NCBI GenBank assembly: GCA_027492035.1
Contig: JAOZFT010000004.1
Span: 256,001 to 320,000 of the forward strand
DNA length: 64,000 nucleotides
From: Thermoproteota archaeon
GTDB taxonomy: Archaea > Korarchaeota > JAOZGF01 > JAOZFZ01
Reading direction: 5' to 3'
The translations under genes were made by a program, and so were the position numbers. Positions within the stretch are counted from its first letter, which is position 1, and every line of letters begins with the position of its first letter. Positions 8,866 through 19,040 of the stretch are shown here, piece by piece. Below the pieces are notes generated by a model that was given only the letters and a program-made list of their open reading frames with translations, was not told the DNA's origin and searched no databases.

Positions 8866-10158
8866 CTATTCTCTGTTTTCCACTACCACACGACCCTTCA
8901 AAAAATTTACTAAAGCTTGCTCGACAAATGCAACATAAAATTCCCCCGCTTCAATATCACCTTTCAAATGAATAGACTTATAGTTGAATAAACGGCCCTT
9001 GACCATTTTATCTTTCTTTTCAGTAATTAAAACTTCGTGGTTACTGTTCACTAGTTTCATGTTTCTTTCAAGTGAAATGCTTTCAGTTACTTTTCGCAAT
9101 TTTTTAATCCTAGGTTTAAGTTTATGTGGTGGAATAAGAGGCAATGTTGAAGCCTTGGTTCCAGGTCTTGGGAAAAATTTTGAAATATTTACTTTGTCAG
9201 GCTTTATCTCTTTTAAGGCTTGTAGTGTTTTGTTGAAATCTTCCTCTGTTTCAGTGGGATAACCTACTATAACATCTGTAACAATGGTTAAGAGGGGGAA
9301 TTTACTGCGTAAAGTTTTTAGGGTAGATATTACTTCCTCTATTTTATAGGGACGGTTCATGTCTTCCAAAACCTTGTTTGAGCCGCTTTGAATAGGTACA
9401 TGAAGGAAAAGATACATTTTTTGGCTACTGTATACCTTAATTAATTCATGTAAATATTTTCTTGCGAAGTAGGGGTTCATCATGCCTAGTCTGATCTTGA
9501 ACTTGTAAGGCAGTGCAATTATCCTTTTCAGTAAGTCAATAATGGTGGTTTTTAAATCTAAACCGTAAGCGCCTGTGTCAAGTGATGAAAGATATATCTC
9601 TTTTACTTCAGCTTTCAAACTGTTACTTACTTTGGAAAGAATGTCCTTTGCTTCGTAAGAGTAGAATGTCTCGTATATTTTCTTTTCGGCACAGTACGTG
9701 CAATTGAAGGGGCAGCCTTCTGATATTTGAATGATTTCTCTGAACTTGTTTATTCTTTCTTTAGGTAAATGTAGCTTAGGTACCGGCTTGTTTGGAAAAT
9801 AAAGAATCCCTCTCTCTCCATTTAACACTTTTCGGCTTATTTCAACGATTTTATTTATTGCATAAGGCCCTAAAATAGCACCATAATTTGGTATGGCTTT
9901 TATTATGGCTGATAAATGCAGCTTTGTTAGACAACCTGCAACAATGACTGGTTTATTGATTTTTGAGAGTTTCTTTAACTTAAAAAGGATTTTATCCTCC
10001 GTAGGTTTCTTTACCCCGCATGTATTAATTATTATTAGGTCAGATTCTTCTTTTCTGGACTGTACGAATCCTGCATTTCTCAACTGGCCAGTTATTATCT
10101 CTGTATTGCTTTGGTTTAATGCACAACCGTAAGTCTTAATCCAAAATTTCTTCTTCAT
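8866..10158 (-). CDS. tRNA t6A37 methylthiotransferase (MtaB/CDKAL1-like radical SAM)
   Basis: TYGC..N, NTCGVK, AGC, radical SAM CPFNCTYC, C-terminal TRAM-like region; start reassigned to ATG 10158. Confidence 0.92.
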   Translation of the reverse strand: MKKKFWIKTYGCALNQSNTEIITGQLRNAGFVQSRKEESDLIIINTCGVKKPTEDKILFKLKKLSKINKPVIVAGCLTKLHLSAIIKAIPNYGAILGPYAINKIVEISRKVLNGERGILYFPNKPVPKLHLPKERINKFREIIQISEGCPFNCTYCAEKKIYETFYSYEAKDILSKVSNSLKAEVKEIYLSSLDTGAYGLDLKTTIIDLLKRIIALPYKFKIRLGMMNPYFARKYLHELIKVYSSQKMYLFLHVPIQSGSNKVLEDMNRPYKIEEVISTLKTLRSKFPLLTIVTDVIVGYPTETEEDFNKTLQALKEIKPDKVNISKFFPRPGTKASTLPLIPPHKLKPRIKKLRKVTESISLERNMKLVNSNHEVLITEKKDKMVKGRLFNYKSIHLKGDIEAGEFYVAFVEQALVNFLKGRVVVENRE

Positions 10159-10175
10159 TGTATTCTTTCCAAAAT

Positions 10176-11720
10176 CTAGCCTTTCATCTTGTTTAAAAAC
10201 ATTTTCCAAGAAAGGATAGGATGCCTTGAGGCCTTTACTTCATCCAATCTACCAATTGATGCCTTGAATGGGGCTTTTTTAACTTTTTCAGGGTTAGTTT
10301 CAGCTTCTTTCATTATTTCCAAAAGGGCTTGACAGTAGCCATCGAGGTTTTCTTTTGTTTCACATTCCGTGGGTTCAATCATGAGACAGTTTTTCATTAT
10401 CAAAGGAAAGTTGATTATGGGGGGGTAAAGTGAGTAGTCAAGAAGTCTCTTTGCAACATCTGCTACATTTATTTTTCCAGCCCCTACTTCCGCTAATGAA
10501 ACAACAAATTCATGTTTTCTAACATTCCCTGGTGAATAAACAGGGTCGAAGAGCTTCTTCTCTTTAATTAGTCTTCGGTAAAGATAATTCGAGTTTAGTA
10601 CTGCCATGTCCGAAACTTTGTTTAAACCCTCAAAACCCAGCATGTAAATGTAAATATAAGCCTTTATCAGAACTTCAGTGTTTCCATAATAACTTCTGAC
10701 TTTACCGATGCTGTGGGGGACATTGTAATCTAGAATATACTTATTTCCTTTTTTTGAAATTAATGGGACAGGCAGAAAATCTTTCAATTCCCCTTTTACA
10801 CCAACAGGTCCAGCTCCAGGCCCTCCCCCACCGTGAGGGGAAGCAAATGTTTTATGCAGGTTTAAATGCATTAAGTCAAAACCCATGTCCCTGGCTCTGA
10901 CTTTGCAAAGTAATGCGTTCATGTTGGCGCCGTCCATGTACATTAAACCACCGTAGTTATGTACTAACTTTGAAACTTTCTGTATTTCTTTCTCAAATAT
11001 CCCTAAAGTGTTTGGGACAGTGATCATTGCAGCTGCTGTTCTTTCCGATAAAGCGTATTCTAAAGCATCCAAGTTTATGCATCCATCTTCACCACTTGGA
11101 ATAGTAACCACTTTGAACCCTCCCATAACTGCACTGGCTGGGTTAGTTCCGTGTGCAGAGTCGGGGATTATTATTTCTGTCCTTTTTCCCCCCTCCCCCC
11201 TAAACTTATGGAATGCTTTTATTATGCTTACCCCTGTAAATTCCCCGTTGGCGCCGGCAGCTGGCTGTAAAGTAAACCTATCCATTCCAGTGATTTCACA
11301 AAGCCACTTCTCCAGTTTATAAAGGATTTCAAGCAATCCTTGAACTGTTTCCTCTGGTTGTTGAGGATGTAGGTTAGCCACTAAATTAGGGATGTATTGA
11401 AGTATTTTTGGTGTATATTTCATTGTGCAGCTTCCTAACGGGTAAATGGTTTGGTCAACTGAGAAATTCATTTGTGAAAGCCTAATATAATGTCTCACTA
11501 CTTCTACTTCAGTTAATTCAGGTAAATTAGGTTTTTGTTGTCTAAGTATCACTTCAGGAATTTTCTTTTCAAGAGAGAGATAAAGTTTTTTGAAGAACTC
11601 TTCTTCCGGAAGAGGCAAAATCCCTGTTTTACCCTCTTTTGACAATTCAAAAACTGTAGGTTCCAGTACTTCTTTGCTTTTCGTCCATTTAGCTTGATGA
11701 AAACCGGAACACATCCTCAT
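10176..11720 (-). CDS. gcvPB: Glycine dehydrogenase (decarboxylating) subunit 2
   Basis: YPLGSCTMKY, SAHGTNPASA, HLNLHKTF.SPHGGGGPG. Confidence 0.96.
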   Translation of the reverse strand: MRMCSGFHQAKWTKSKEVLEPTVFELSKEGKTGILPLPEEEFFKKLYLSLEKKIPEVILRQQKPNLPELTEVEVVRHYIRLSQMNFSVDQTIYPLGSCTMKYTPKILQYIPNLVANLHPQQPEETVQGLLEILYKLEKWLCEITGMDRFTLQPAAGANGEFTGVSIIKAFHKFRGEGGKRTEIIIPDSAHGTNPASAVMGGFKVVTIPSGEDGCINLDALEYALSERTAAAMITVPNTLGIFEKEIQKVSKLVHNYGGLMYMDGANMNALLCKVRARDMGFDLMHLNLHKTFASPHGGGGPGAGPVGVKGELKDFLPVPLISKKGNKYILDYNVPHSIGKVRSYYGNTEVLIKAYIYIYMLGFEGLNKVSDMAVLNSNYLYRRLIKEKKLFDPVYSPGNVRKHEFVVSLAEVGAGKINVADVAKRLLDYSLYPPIINFPLIMKNCLMIEPTECETKENLDGYCQALLEIMKEAETNPEKVKKAPFKASIGRLDEVKASRHPILSWKMFLNKMKG

Positions 11721-13123
11721 TCACCTTTCTGGCTTTCTAAAACATCAAAGATATTATTTATAAGCAAGTCTAAGTCTTCTTTTGTATGGATTTCGGTGAC
11801 AGCTAAAATAAGGGAGTTGGTGAGTGCTTCCAAATCGGTGTATTCACTTATTCGGCCAGCTAAAATATCTCTTTTTAACAGTTCCAGCCACACTTCCTTC
11901 GCTCTTGTGGAAATGAATTTTAGAACGAAATCCGAAAAATAAATTGCATTTTTAAAGGGAATCTTCAAATGTTCAGAATTCTTTAAGGCTGAAACCACAT
12001 AAGATGTTTTAGCTAGAATATTTCGTGATATCTCTTCAAATCCTTTCTTCCCTATTAAAGACAGGTAAATAGCTGTTCTGAGGGCGACTAATGCTTCATT
12101 GGTACATATATTAGATGTTGCTCTTTCTCTTCTTATATGTTGTTCTCTATTCGGCAAAGTCATTACGTAGCCGCGTTGGGAACCGTCTAAAGTCGTTGTT
12201 AATCCAATTATTCTACCAGGCATTTGATATATGATTCTCTTTTCTCCTTTACAGGCGAAAATCCCCAATGCTCCTCCTCCGAAACTTAAGGGGTTGCCTA
12301 GTGCCTGTCCTTCACCTATAACTATATCTGCATTATATTCTCCTGGGGGCTTGAAAATCCCTAGTGCGAATGGATTAACGCCTACAATTAGTAGAGCCCC
12401 GGCTTCATGGACTATTTCACTTATTTCTTGGGTTTTTATTTCTATTGTTCCTATGTCGTAAGGAAATTCAAAATAGAAAGCACTTGTCGCTTTTGAAATC
12501 TTATTTTCTAAATCTTCAACGTCCACTGTACCTGTGTTTTTATTGAAATTTATAGTTCTGATTTTCAGTCCAAGAGCTTCCGTGTAAAGCTGTAAAGTTT
12601 TTAACCTGTCTCTCGGTATTATTTTTGGAATTGTTATTTCTCTTCTTTTGTTTATTCTGTAAGCCATTCTTGCGGCTTCACCCAAGGCTGTGTTCCAGTC
12701 ATACATGGAAGAATTAGCTACATCCATTCCTGTGATTTCACAAATTAATGATTGGTATTCAAATAAGCTTTGGAGCATTCCTTGACTTGCTTCAGCAGTG
12801 TATGGGGTATAGGAAGAGTAAAATTCAGTCCTTGAAGAAAGCTCTTCTACAGCATAAGGGATGTAGTGGGGATAGAAGCCTCCGCCTGCAAATATCAGTA
12901 ACTCTTTATTTTTTGAAAGAATGTTTTTGAGGTGGCGCCAAGTCTCGTACTCTGTGTGGGGTTCAGGCAAGTTCATTTTTCCTTTAAATCTTATCTCGCT
13001 AGGTATGTCCTGGAAAAGCTCTTCCATGCTCTTAAATCCAGCCTCTGCTAACATTTCATTGGTATGAGGTATATTGGGTATGAATGGGAAGTAGGGGGGA
13101 GAAGATTTGTTTCTTTCTCTCAT
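11717..13123 (-). CDS. gcvPA: Glycine dehydrogenase (decarboxylating) subunit 1
   Basis: YTPY..EASQG.LQ..FEYQ, NSSMYD, REQHIRRERATSNICTNEAL. Confidence 0.96.
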   Translation of the reverse strand: MRERNKSSPPYFPFIPNIPHTNEMLAEAGFKSMEELFQDIPSEIRFKGKMNLPEPHTEYETWRHLKNILSKNKELLIFAGGGFYPHYIPYAVEELSSRTEFYSSYTPYTAEASQGMLQSLFEYQSLICEITGMDVANSSMYDWNTALGEAARMAYRINKRREITIPKIIPRDRLKTLQLYTEALGLKIRTINFNKNTGTVDVEDLENKISKATSAFYFEFPYDIGTIEIKTQEISEIVHEAGALLIVGVNPFALGIFKPPGEYNADIVIGEGQALGNPLSFGGGALGIFACKGEKRIIYQMPGRIIGLTTTLDGSQRGYVMTLPNREQHIRRERATSNICTNEALVALRTAIYLSLIGKKGFEEISRNILAKTSYVVSALKNSEHLKIPFKNAIYFSDFVLKFISTRAKEVWLELLKRDILAGRISEYTDLEALTNSLILAVTEIHTKEDLDLLINNIFDVLESQKGE

Positions 13124-13124
13124 T

Positions 13125-13547
13125 TCACTCCTTCTCTATTTCCTTTATGTAATTTTGATATTGTTCAGAAGTCATCAATTTTTGTTTTTCCAAGCCAAGG
13201 CTTGTGGTTTCTATTTTTGCGAACCAACCGGAATCATAAGGTTGTTCATGGACTATTGCCGGATCTTCCAGTAACTTTTCGTTTAACTCAATTATTTTTC
13301 CTGACACAGGTGAATAAACAGGTTCAGAGCTTTTTTGTGTGTTGACAACTGCATATTCCTCAAATTGTTTCACCGTGTCGTTTACGTTTTTGGTGAATTC
13401 TATGTAAGTTATTTCCCCCAATTTTTGTTGTGCATAGTCACTTATTCCCGTCACAATTTTTCTTTCATCAACCTTCTTTAACCATTCATGCTCTTTTGTG
13501 TAGAGGAGGTTTTTAGGTATGTTATAGGACATTTCCCCTTCACCCAT
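13125..13547 (-). CDS. gcvH: Glycine cleavage system H protein
   Basis: YTKEHEW, GISDYAQ..LG, lipoyl-Lys region TQKSSEPVYSPVSG, PYDSGW. Confidence 0.94.
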   Translation of the reverse strand: MGEGEMSYNIPKNLLYTKEHEWLKKVDERKIVTGISDYAQQKLGEITYIEFTKNVNDTVKQFEEYAVVNTQKSSEPVYSPVSGKIIELNEKLLEDPAIVHEQPYDSGWFAKIETTSLGLEKQKLMTSEQYQNYIKEIEKE

Positions 13548-13640
13548 ATTAATCTCAAAAATTACTTTGTTTAAAATTATTATTCTGGATTTCTTAGGTG
13601 CTGTTCTCCCACATTTAAATTTTTAGTGTTTAAGGAGTCT

Positions 13641-14420
13641 TTAATAAGGGATGTCTCGTATTCCCTCTTGAGTTATAATGAAAGCAGCTTCTCCCACTGG
13701 AAGATAAGGATTGTCAACTAACTTTATTATTCTCTTAGTGTTTCCAGCTTTTCTAATGTGAAGTATAGATATGGGTGTATGGGCCAATATGTGGCCTCCT
13801 GTGGCTACGGCTTCTTTCTCAAATAAATTGTCAGGTATGTCCATTACATGGTTAGTTACCACCACTGCAACGTTTTCGGTTAAGCTTAATCGATTTAGGA
13901 CGTGTAAGTGTTTTTTTAATTCTTGTTGACGTCTAAACAAGTCTTTTCTTCCGTGGAATTCACTCCTGAAATAGTTAATAAGTGAATCAATTACTATAAG
14001 TTTAACGTTCTCTCTCTCAACTAATTCTTTGAGGTTGTTAGTTGCTTTCTTCTGGTCGTCAAGTGACAATGCTTTTTTATAATAAATATTTCTTAAAGTG
14101 ACTGATGGGTCTAGATTTAAGGCTTGTGACATTTGTTTAATTCTTAGAGGGTTAAAAGTTCCTTCAGTGTCTATAAAAGCCGCTTTGCTACTAAGTCCAC
14201 CTAGTTTTTCGGGTAATTGAACATTTACACATAATTGAAAAACAAATTGGGTTTTTCCAGTTCCATATTTTCCATATATTTCAGTGATTCCCCCAGTTTC
14301 GATGCCTCCTCCTAATAACTGATCTACAGACTTACTTCCAGTAGTTATCCTCTTCTTTTGTGAAGAGTATTTTTTTAAGAATTCATGGGCGGTCATGAAA
14401 CCTAAATCTTTGTTTTCCAA
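13641..14420 (-). CDS. RadA/Rad51-family recombinase lacking the N-terminal HhH domain
   Basis: GFMTA (FxxA) motif, TTGS..VD.LLGGGIETG, GKYGTGKT, IDTEGTF, VIDS, RQQ.L, GGHILAH. Confidence 0.9.
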   Translation of the reverse strand: MENKDLGFMTAHEFLKKYSSQKKRITTGSKSVDQLLGGGIETGGITEIYGKYGTGKTQFVFQLCVNVQLPEKLGGLSSKAAFIDTEGTFNPLRIKQMSQALNLDPSVTLRNIYYKKALSLDDQKKATNNLKELVERENVKLIVIDSLINYFRSEFHGRKDLFRRQQELKKHLHVLNRLSLTENVAVVVTNHVMDIPDNLFEKEAVATGGHILAHTPISILHIRKAGNTKRIIKLVDNPYLPVGEAAFIITQEGIRDIPY

Positions 14421-14431
14421 TTTCGCGTCAC

Positions 14432-15106
14432 TTACAAGTCTTCACTGTCCACTATTTTTATTCCATCCTTTACAATTCTATATCTTACTTTACTTCCTTC
14501 TTTCAATCCCTTAACTAATACTGCCTCTTTATAGTTATTTAAATTCACAAGTTTTATTATGTTATCTGGCCACGAAAGCGACATTTTACCTCCAAGTGGC
14601 CATATTTCTTTTGAAACTGCCGAATTAAGTGGTTTATGTATAGCTTGGTTTGTAATTAAAACTTCTAGGTTGAAACTGTTTGATAATTCCTTTAAGCGGG
14701 CAAATTGTTTATTTAACATGAGATTAACCGTTATTCCCCTCTTTTTAACTAAAGCCAACCTGTATAGTTCAGTGAACGAATCAAAAATTACTAGTTTAGG
14801 TTGAATAGAAGAAAGCACTTCTTCTAGATAATTTACCACGGTTAATTGTTCATGGAATGAATTCAATTTACTAACAATAAGGTTTCGTGACTCCTCAACC
14901 AACTCATATCTCTTAATCAAGTACGTTAATTTTTCTTCGAATAAACGCACTCCAGTTGAAAAAAAGAGCACCCTGTTTCCCTTAGATATGTGTTCAAGGG
15001 CATAAAGTATTGACATTATGGTTTTGCCTGTGAAGGGTTCACCAAATATCTCTAAAAAACCGACGTTGTCCCCAAGAACCCTTTTAAAAAGATTAAAGGA
15101 GAACAT
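14432..15106 (-). CDS. Divergent RecA-superfamily ATPase (RadB/Rad51-paralog-like)
   Basis: EIFGEPFTGKT, VIFDS.TELYR, VLITNQ, PLGG. Confidence 0.8.
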   Translation of the reverse strand: MFSFNLFKRVLGDNVGFLEIFGEPFTGKTIMSILYALEHISKGNRVLFFSTGVRLFEEKLTYLIKRYELVEESRNLIVSKLNSFHEQLTVVNYLEEVLSSIQPKLVIFDSFTELYRLALVKKRGITVNLMLNKQFARLKELSNSFNLEVLITNQAIHKPLNSAVSKEIWPLGGKMSLSWPDNIIKLVNLNNYKEAVLVKGLKEGSKVRYRIVKDGIKIVDSEDL

Positions 15107-15316
15107 CTTCTATGCTCCAAAGTAAGTCAGTAACCTACCATATTCTAAATTTCTTTTTTAGAATATAGAATAAGTGTGACTCTTTTTTAACTTAACCTCC
15201 CCTTCCACCTTTGGAAACAAGGAAGACTTAGAAATTTACGAGGTCTCATCCCTCCCTAAAACGGCTTTACTCCAAGGTCTCATGGTTAAAAACTATTTTT
15301 TAGGACAGAGTCTCTT

Positions 15317-15631
15317 TCAAAAATTTATTAAAGACAAAAGCAGCATTAGAACTAACCCTGTTAAAGCTAGTTTTTTTCCTTTATAAGGGTGTAAATCAGA
15401 TGCCCAAAGAACTAAACCTATACCTACTAAAGCACCACCCATAGCTTTCAAAATGTTTATGGAAACATCCTTTAAAGTTACAAGTAAATTCTTTGCAGCT
15501 TCCCCGAAATCCTTCAATCCCTCTGAAATACCATGCAACCCAGTTGTTGAAGGTTCAGAGTAGGAAACAACTACGTTAATGCTTAAGAAAAGTATTGAAG
15601 ATAGGAAAAAAAGGAACAGGTGCCTCCACAA
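15317..15631 (-). CDS. Small membrane protein: signal peptide plus C-terminal two-helix hydrophobic hairpin (VirB2/TrbC pilin-like layout)
   Basis: Hydrophobic N-terminus, amphipathic linker, two TM segments around a short basic loop (YKGKK); family call is inference. Confidence 0.55.
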   Translation of the reverse strand: MWRHLFLFFLSSILFLSINVVVSYSEPSTTGLHGISEGLKDFGEAAKNLLVTLKDVSINILKAMGGALVGIGLVLWASDLHPYKGKKLALTGLVLMLLLSLINF

Positions 15632-15641
15632 GAAAAATCAC

Positions 15642-15905
15642 CTAAGATAACCCGAACATTTCCTTTAAAATATTTAAAACCCAATTCAAACCACTAGATA
15701 TGCCTGATTCTCCTTGGGCTAGTTTTTCGCTTATTCCTCCCCATAACTGGCTCAACCAGTTAGTTATTTGTGTTACAGGGCTAAGTATAGCAACCATAAA
15801 CAGTGAAATTGAAGCAGCTATCAAAAGAGCCTCTCCTATTACTTCCGAAACCCCCTTATTACTTTTTAGATATTTTTTTAAAAACGAAACAATTAACTGT
15901 AACAT
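15642..15905 (-). CDS. Short type IV pilin-like protein (class III signal peptide)
   Basis: KKYLKSNKG|VSEVIGEALLIAASISLFMVAIL matches the archaeal prepilin (PibD/FlaK) cleavage pattern. Confidence 0.75.
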   Translation of the reverse strand: MLQLIVSFLKKYLKSNKGVSEVIGEALLIAASISLFMVAILSPVTQITNWLSQLWGGISEKLAQGESGISSGLNWVLNILKEMFGLS

Positions 15906-16025
15906 CCCTAGATTACCTTCTTCCTTAAAAAATTGAAGCCCTTATTTTATTGTAAAGATCTTGGGAAGAAGAATTTTGCTTCAACTTTTTTGAAAACAAA
16001 GTTCATTTAAGTAGAGAGAGAGGAA

Positions 16026-17369
16026 ATGAAAAATAAAAAACAAAGTTTACTAAGGCTAGCTCTTAATCAGTTAATTGAGAAAGGGCTAGTAAAAGTTTAT
16101 AGCGAAGAAATTCTACTGAAGCATGTGGCTGAGCTGCAAAGGGAGAACCAAGGCACCCCTCTCTTTTTTAAAAAAGTGAAAGGAGGAAAAGGCCTTTTCA
16201 GAACATCCTTTTTAACAGGTTTATTCAGCAACAAAAAACTTATTTCTTTAATGCTTAATGTAGATGAAAATAGTTTAAGAGATAAATTACTTGAAGCCAT
16301 GTTTTCGAAAGGGAAGGTGCAAATATCAACTGGAGACAAGTTTGAAATGGAAGCCTTCTATAACCCTGACTTACTTAGTCATCTACCAATTCTTAAACAC
16401 TATGAAAGAGAGAAGGGACCATATATTACTTCCTCTGCTGTTATAGCTAAGGACCCGGAAACTGGCAGAATGAATGTTTCAATACATAGAATGACTCCCC
16501 TAAAGAAAAATTTTCTAGTTTTAAGAGTGGTTGAAGGGAGAGATCTCTACAATTTCGTAGAGAAAGCTAAGACAAGAGGAGAGAATTTACCTGTAGCAGT
16601 GATTATAGGGTTCGATGCAGCTTTAATGCTATCTGCAGCCACTTCCCTCCCAGGAAAAAACGAGCTTGAAATGGCATCTGTTTTAAGAAACAGGCCGGTT
16701 GAATTAGTTAAATGTGAAACAGTGGACGCTTACGCTCCTGTAGATGCTGAAATAATTTTGGAAGGGGAAATATTAACTAGAAAATCGGAACTTGAAGGCC
16801 CGTTTGTGGAAATAGGCGGCGTCGATGTAGTAAGGAGGCAGCCTATTCTTGAAATCAAAGCTTTGAAAATGAGGAAAGACGCAATTTATTACGACATATT
16901 ACCGGCAAGTGAAGAACATGCTTTGCTCATGGGCCTAACCAAGGAACCCTTAATATATGCAGCTGCTAAAGAAAAAGTTGATTTAGTAGATGTTAAAATG
17001 ACTCGTGCAGGAATGTATTGGCTGGAAGCAGTGATAAAGATAAGGAAGAGAAGGAATGGGGACCCCTTAGCCGCTGCCTTTGCAGCTATTAACGTTCATC
17101 CAAGCCTGAAAAGAGTAATAATTACCGATGAGGACGTTGAAATAAATAATTACATAGAAGTAAGCAGAGCTATACTTACTAGATGTTATCCCCCAATGGA
17201 CGTGTATGTCTTCACAGGAATTCCAGGTTCAAGTTTAGATCACTCCAACATTCGAAAAGTAAAATTGTATAACTCAGGTAATAGAAAAGAAATATTTATA
17301 GAGTTGCCTCCAGCGAAAATTGTAGTCGACGCTACATGGAAAGGTCCTAATGAATTGCTTAAAAACTAA
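16026..17369 (+). CDS. UbiD-family prFMN decarboxylase (candidate anhydromevalonate-phosphate decarboxylase)
   Basis: LPIL.HY.RE.GPYITS, NVSIHR, EIILEG, EGPF.E, SSLD.S. Confidence 0.9.
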   Translation: MKNKKQSLLRLALNQLIEKGLVKVYSEEILLKHVAELQRENQGTPLFFKKVKGGKGLFRTSFLTGLFSNKKLISLMLNVDENSLRDKLLEAMFSKGKVQISTGDKFEMEAFYNPDLLSHLPILKHYEREKGPYITSSAVIAKDPETGRMNVSIHRMTPLKKNFLVLRVVEGRDLYNFVEKAKTRGENLPVAVIIGFDAALMLSAATSLPGKNELEMASVLRNRPVELVKCETVDAYAPVDAEIILEGEILTRKSELEGPFVEIGGVDVVRRQPILEIKALKMRKDAIYYDILPASEEHALLMGLTKEPLIYAAAKEKVDLVDVKMTRAGMYWLEAVIKIRKRRNGDPLAAAFAAINVHPSLKRVIITDEDVEINNYIEVSRAILTRCYPPMDVYVFTGIPGSSLDHSNIRKVKLYNSGNRKEIFIELPPAKIVVDATWKGPNELLKN

Positions 17370-18624
17370 AGGAGCTACCTAAAACTTTCAATGCTTCCTT
17401 AGAAACTTTTTCCTTAAACTCCTTTGTAGTGTAGATCCTTATTACGTCGAAATGCCTCTTCAATAAATTAACGAATTCTGAAAACTCAGATATCAACCCT
17501 AAAAATTCAACTTCTCCTTTTACACGCTTAACTACCGGAAAATGAGTCAATCTCTCCTCTTTAACCTGATAAGGAATTGAAGGCAGGGTAGGTGTGTCAA
17601 TTATAACAAACTCTTTATCAACCCCGGCCTCCTCAGCTATCTCCAGTTCAATACTCCTTTTAACTTCCTCATTGGTTATTATCCTCGTGAGCAAGTCCTC
17701 CTCTGGCTGAAGCATCCTTTCAAAGGCAACTTTGAAAAGTCTCCTTTGAACTAACATTTCAAAAAAGTACTTCGCCCTCTTCAAGTTTTCATCCACCGGG
17801 TTAATATTTCGAAGCTGTCTAAGTTTTTCAAAAACAAATACATCATCTAGTCTTAAGTAATTTAAGGGTTCTGTCAATTGATCCAAACCTAAATAGTCAG
17901 AGGCTAGTTTCATTGAGTTGGAAAGCAGAAGTTCAGCGGATCTCACTGTTTTGTGGTAATAAACATTTTTAAACATCTCGAATCGTGCAATTAAAAACGC
18001 TTCTAAAGCTGATAAACCACCATAATCAATAGCTAAGCCTTCATTCAGCACTTCTAAGCTATAAATAAGCCTGTAAATATCTATTTTTCCGTATTCCACC
18101 CCCGTAAAATAAGAATCCCTCACCAGATAATCCATTTTATCCACATCAATAACTCCTTTTATTATTTTTCCAGGTATACCTTCTCCCTTTAAAACCGAGA
18201 CAACTTCCTTCAGCTGAAAACCAAGGTCCTCAATTAACTCCCTTAAAGAAGATTGTTTAATGATCCACAAAGTTAATTCTTCATGTCCTTTGGCCAAAAC
18301 AGATTTCAAAGCTTCCTCAAAAACGTGGCTGAAAGGTCCGTGGCCTATATCGTGAAGCAGGGCACAAACCTTCACTAACTCCATTTCTTCTTTGCTCAAC
18401 ACATTCTTTTCAAGTAATTGTGACGCTGTCCTGTCAGCTAAATGGAAAGTCCCCAGTGAATGATCAAACCTGGTGTGTACAGCCCCAGGATAAACTAGAT
18501 AAGCAGCTGCCAACTGCTTGATATTCCTTAATCTCTGAAAAAAGAGGGTATCTACTATTTCCATTTCATTTTTTGACAGGCGAATGTAGTTATGCACCGG
18601 ATCCTTTATTTCGACATAATCCAC
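17359..18624 (-). CDS. HD-domain phosphohydrolase (COG1078/SAMHD1-like)
   Basis: DPVH, FQRLR.IKQL, HTRFDHSLG, LLHDIGHGPFSH, D.DKMDYL.RD, VYYHK. Confidence 0.93.
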   Translation of the reverse strand: MDYVEIKDPVHNYIRLSKNEMEIVDTLFFQRLRNIKQLAAAYLVYPGAVHTRFDHSLGTFHLADRTASQLLEKNVLSKEEMELVKVCALLHDIGHGPFSHVFEEALKSVLAKGHEELTLWIIKQSSLRELIEDLGFQLKEVVSVLKGEGIPGKIIKGVIDVDKMDYLVRDSYFTGVEYGKIDIYRLIYSLEVLNEGLAIDYGGLSALEAFLIARFEMFKNVYYHKTVRSAELLLSNSMKLASDYLGLDQLTEPLNYLRLDDVFVFEKLRQLRNINPVDENLKRAKYFFEMLVQRRLFKVAFERMLQPEEDLLTRIITNEEVKRSIELEIAEEAGVDKEFVIIDTPTLPSIPYQVKEERLTHFPVVKRVKGEVEFLGLISEFSEFVNLLKRHFDVIRIYTTKEFKEKVSKEALKVLGSSFSF

Positions 18625-18643
18625 AGAACCACCGAAATAGTTA

Positions 18644-18985
18644 CTAAGCCTTTTTCTTATAGAGGAAGTTCTGGATTTCTCTGCGGATAAGTATTATGTC
18701 TCTTTCGTTCATGCTACGAATGTTTTCGAACGATTCAGAAACTTTCACGATGTTCCCCACTGCATTAATTTTTTCAATTGGAACCTCTAATTCAATGTTT
18801 CTGCCCTGTGAATTAATTCCTTGAATCAAGATGCTTAATTTAGCCTCAGGAAAAGTAAATTTCAAAGACTTAACTACACCCACATACTTAGCATCTTTAT
18901 CAACCACTGCCTTACCTATAAATAAGCCTGGGAATTTTTTCTCAAACAACTCAGTTGACCCTGTCAGAGCAATCACCATCGCCAA
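18644..18985 (-). CDS. PRC-barrel domain protein
   Basis: IGKAVVD.DAKYVG.V and EVPIEKINAVGNIV motifs. Confidence 0.75.
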   Translation of the reverse strand: MAMVIALTGSTELFEKKFPGLFIGKAVVDKDAKYVGVVKSLKFTFPEAKLSILIQGINSQGRNIELEVPIEKINAVGNIVKVSESFENIRSMNERDIILIRREIQNFLYKKKA

Positions 18986-19040
18986 AATTCACTTTTTTAG
19001 ATAATTTGAGGTTTTCTTACTCGAAACATTTTTATATTTC

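Noticed and set aside
15187-15278. 20-aa basic ORF MRPRKFLS... (eL41-like?) and a possible two-stem hairpin with a repeated ATGAGACCT
   Set aside because: The peptide lacks the Arg/Lys-rich eL41 body; the hairpin has no proper C/D or ACA boxes and cannot be supported without covariation
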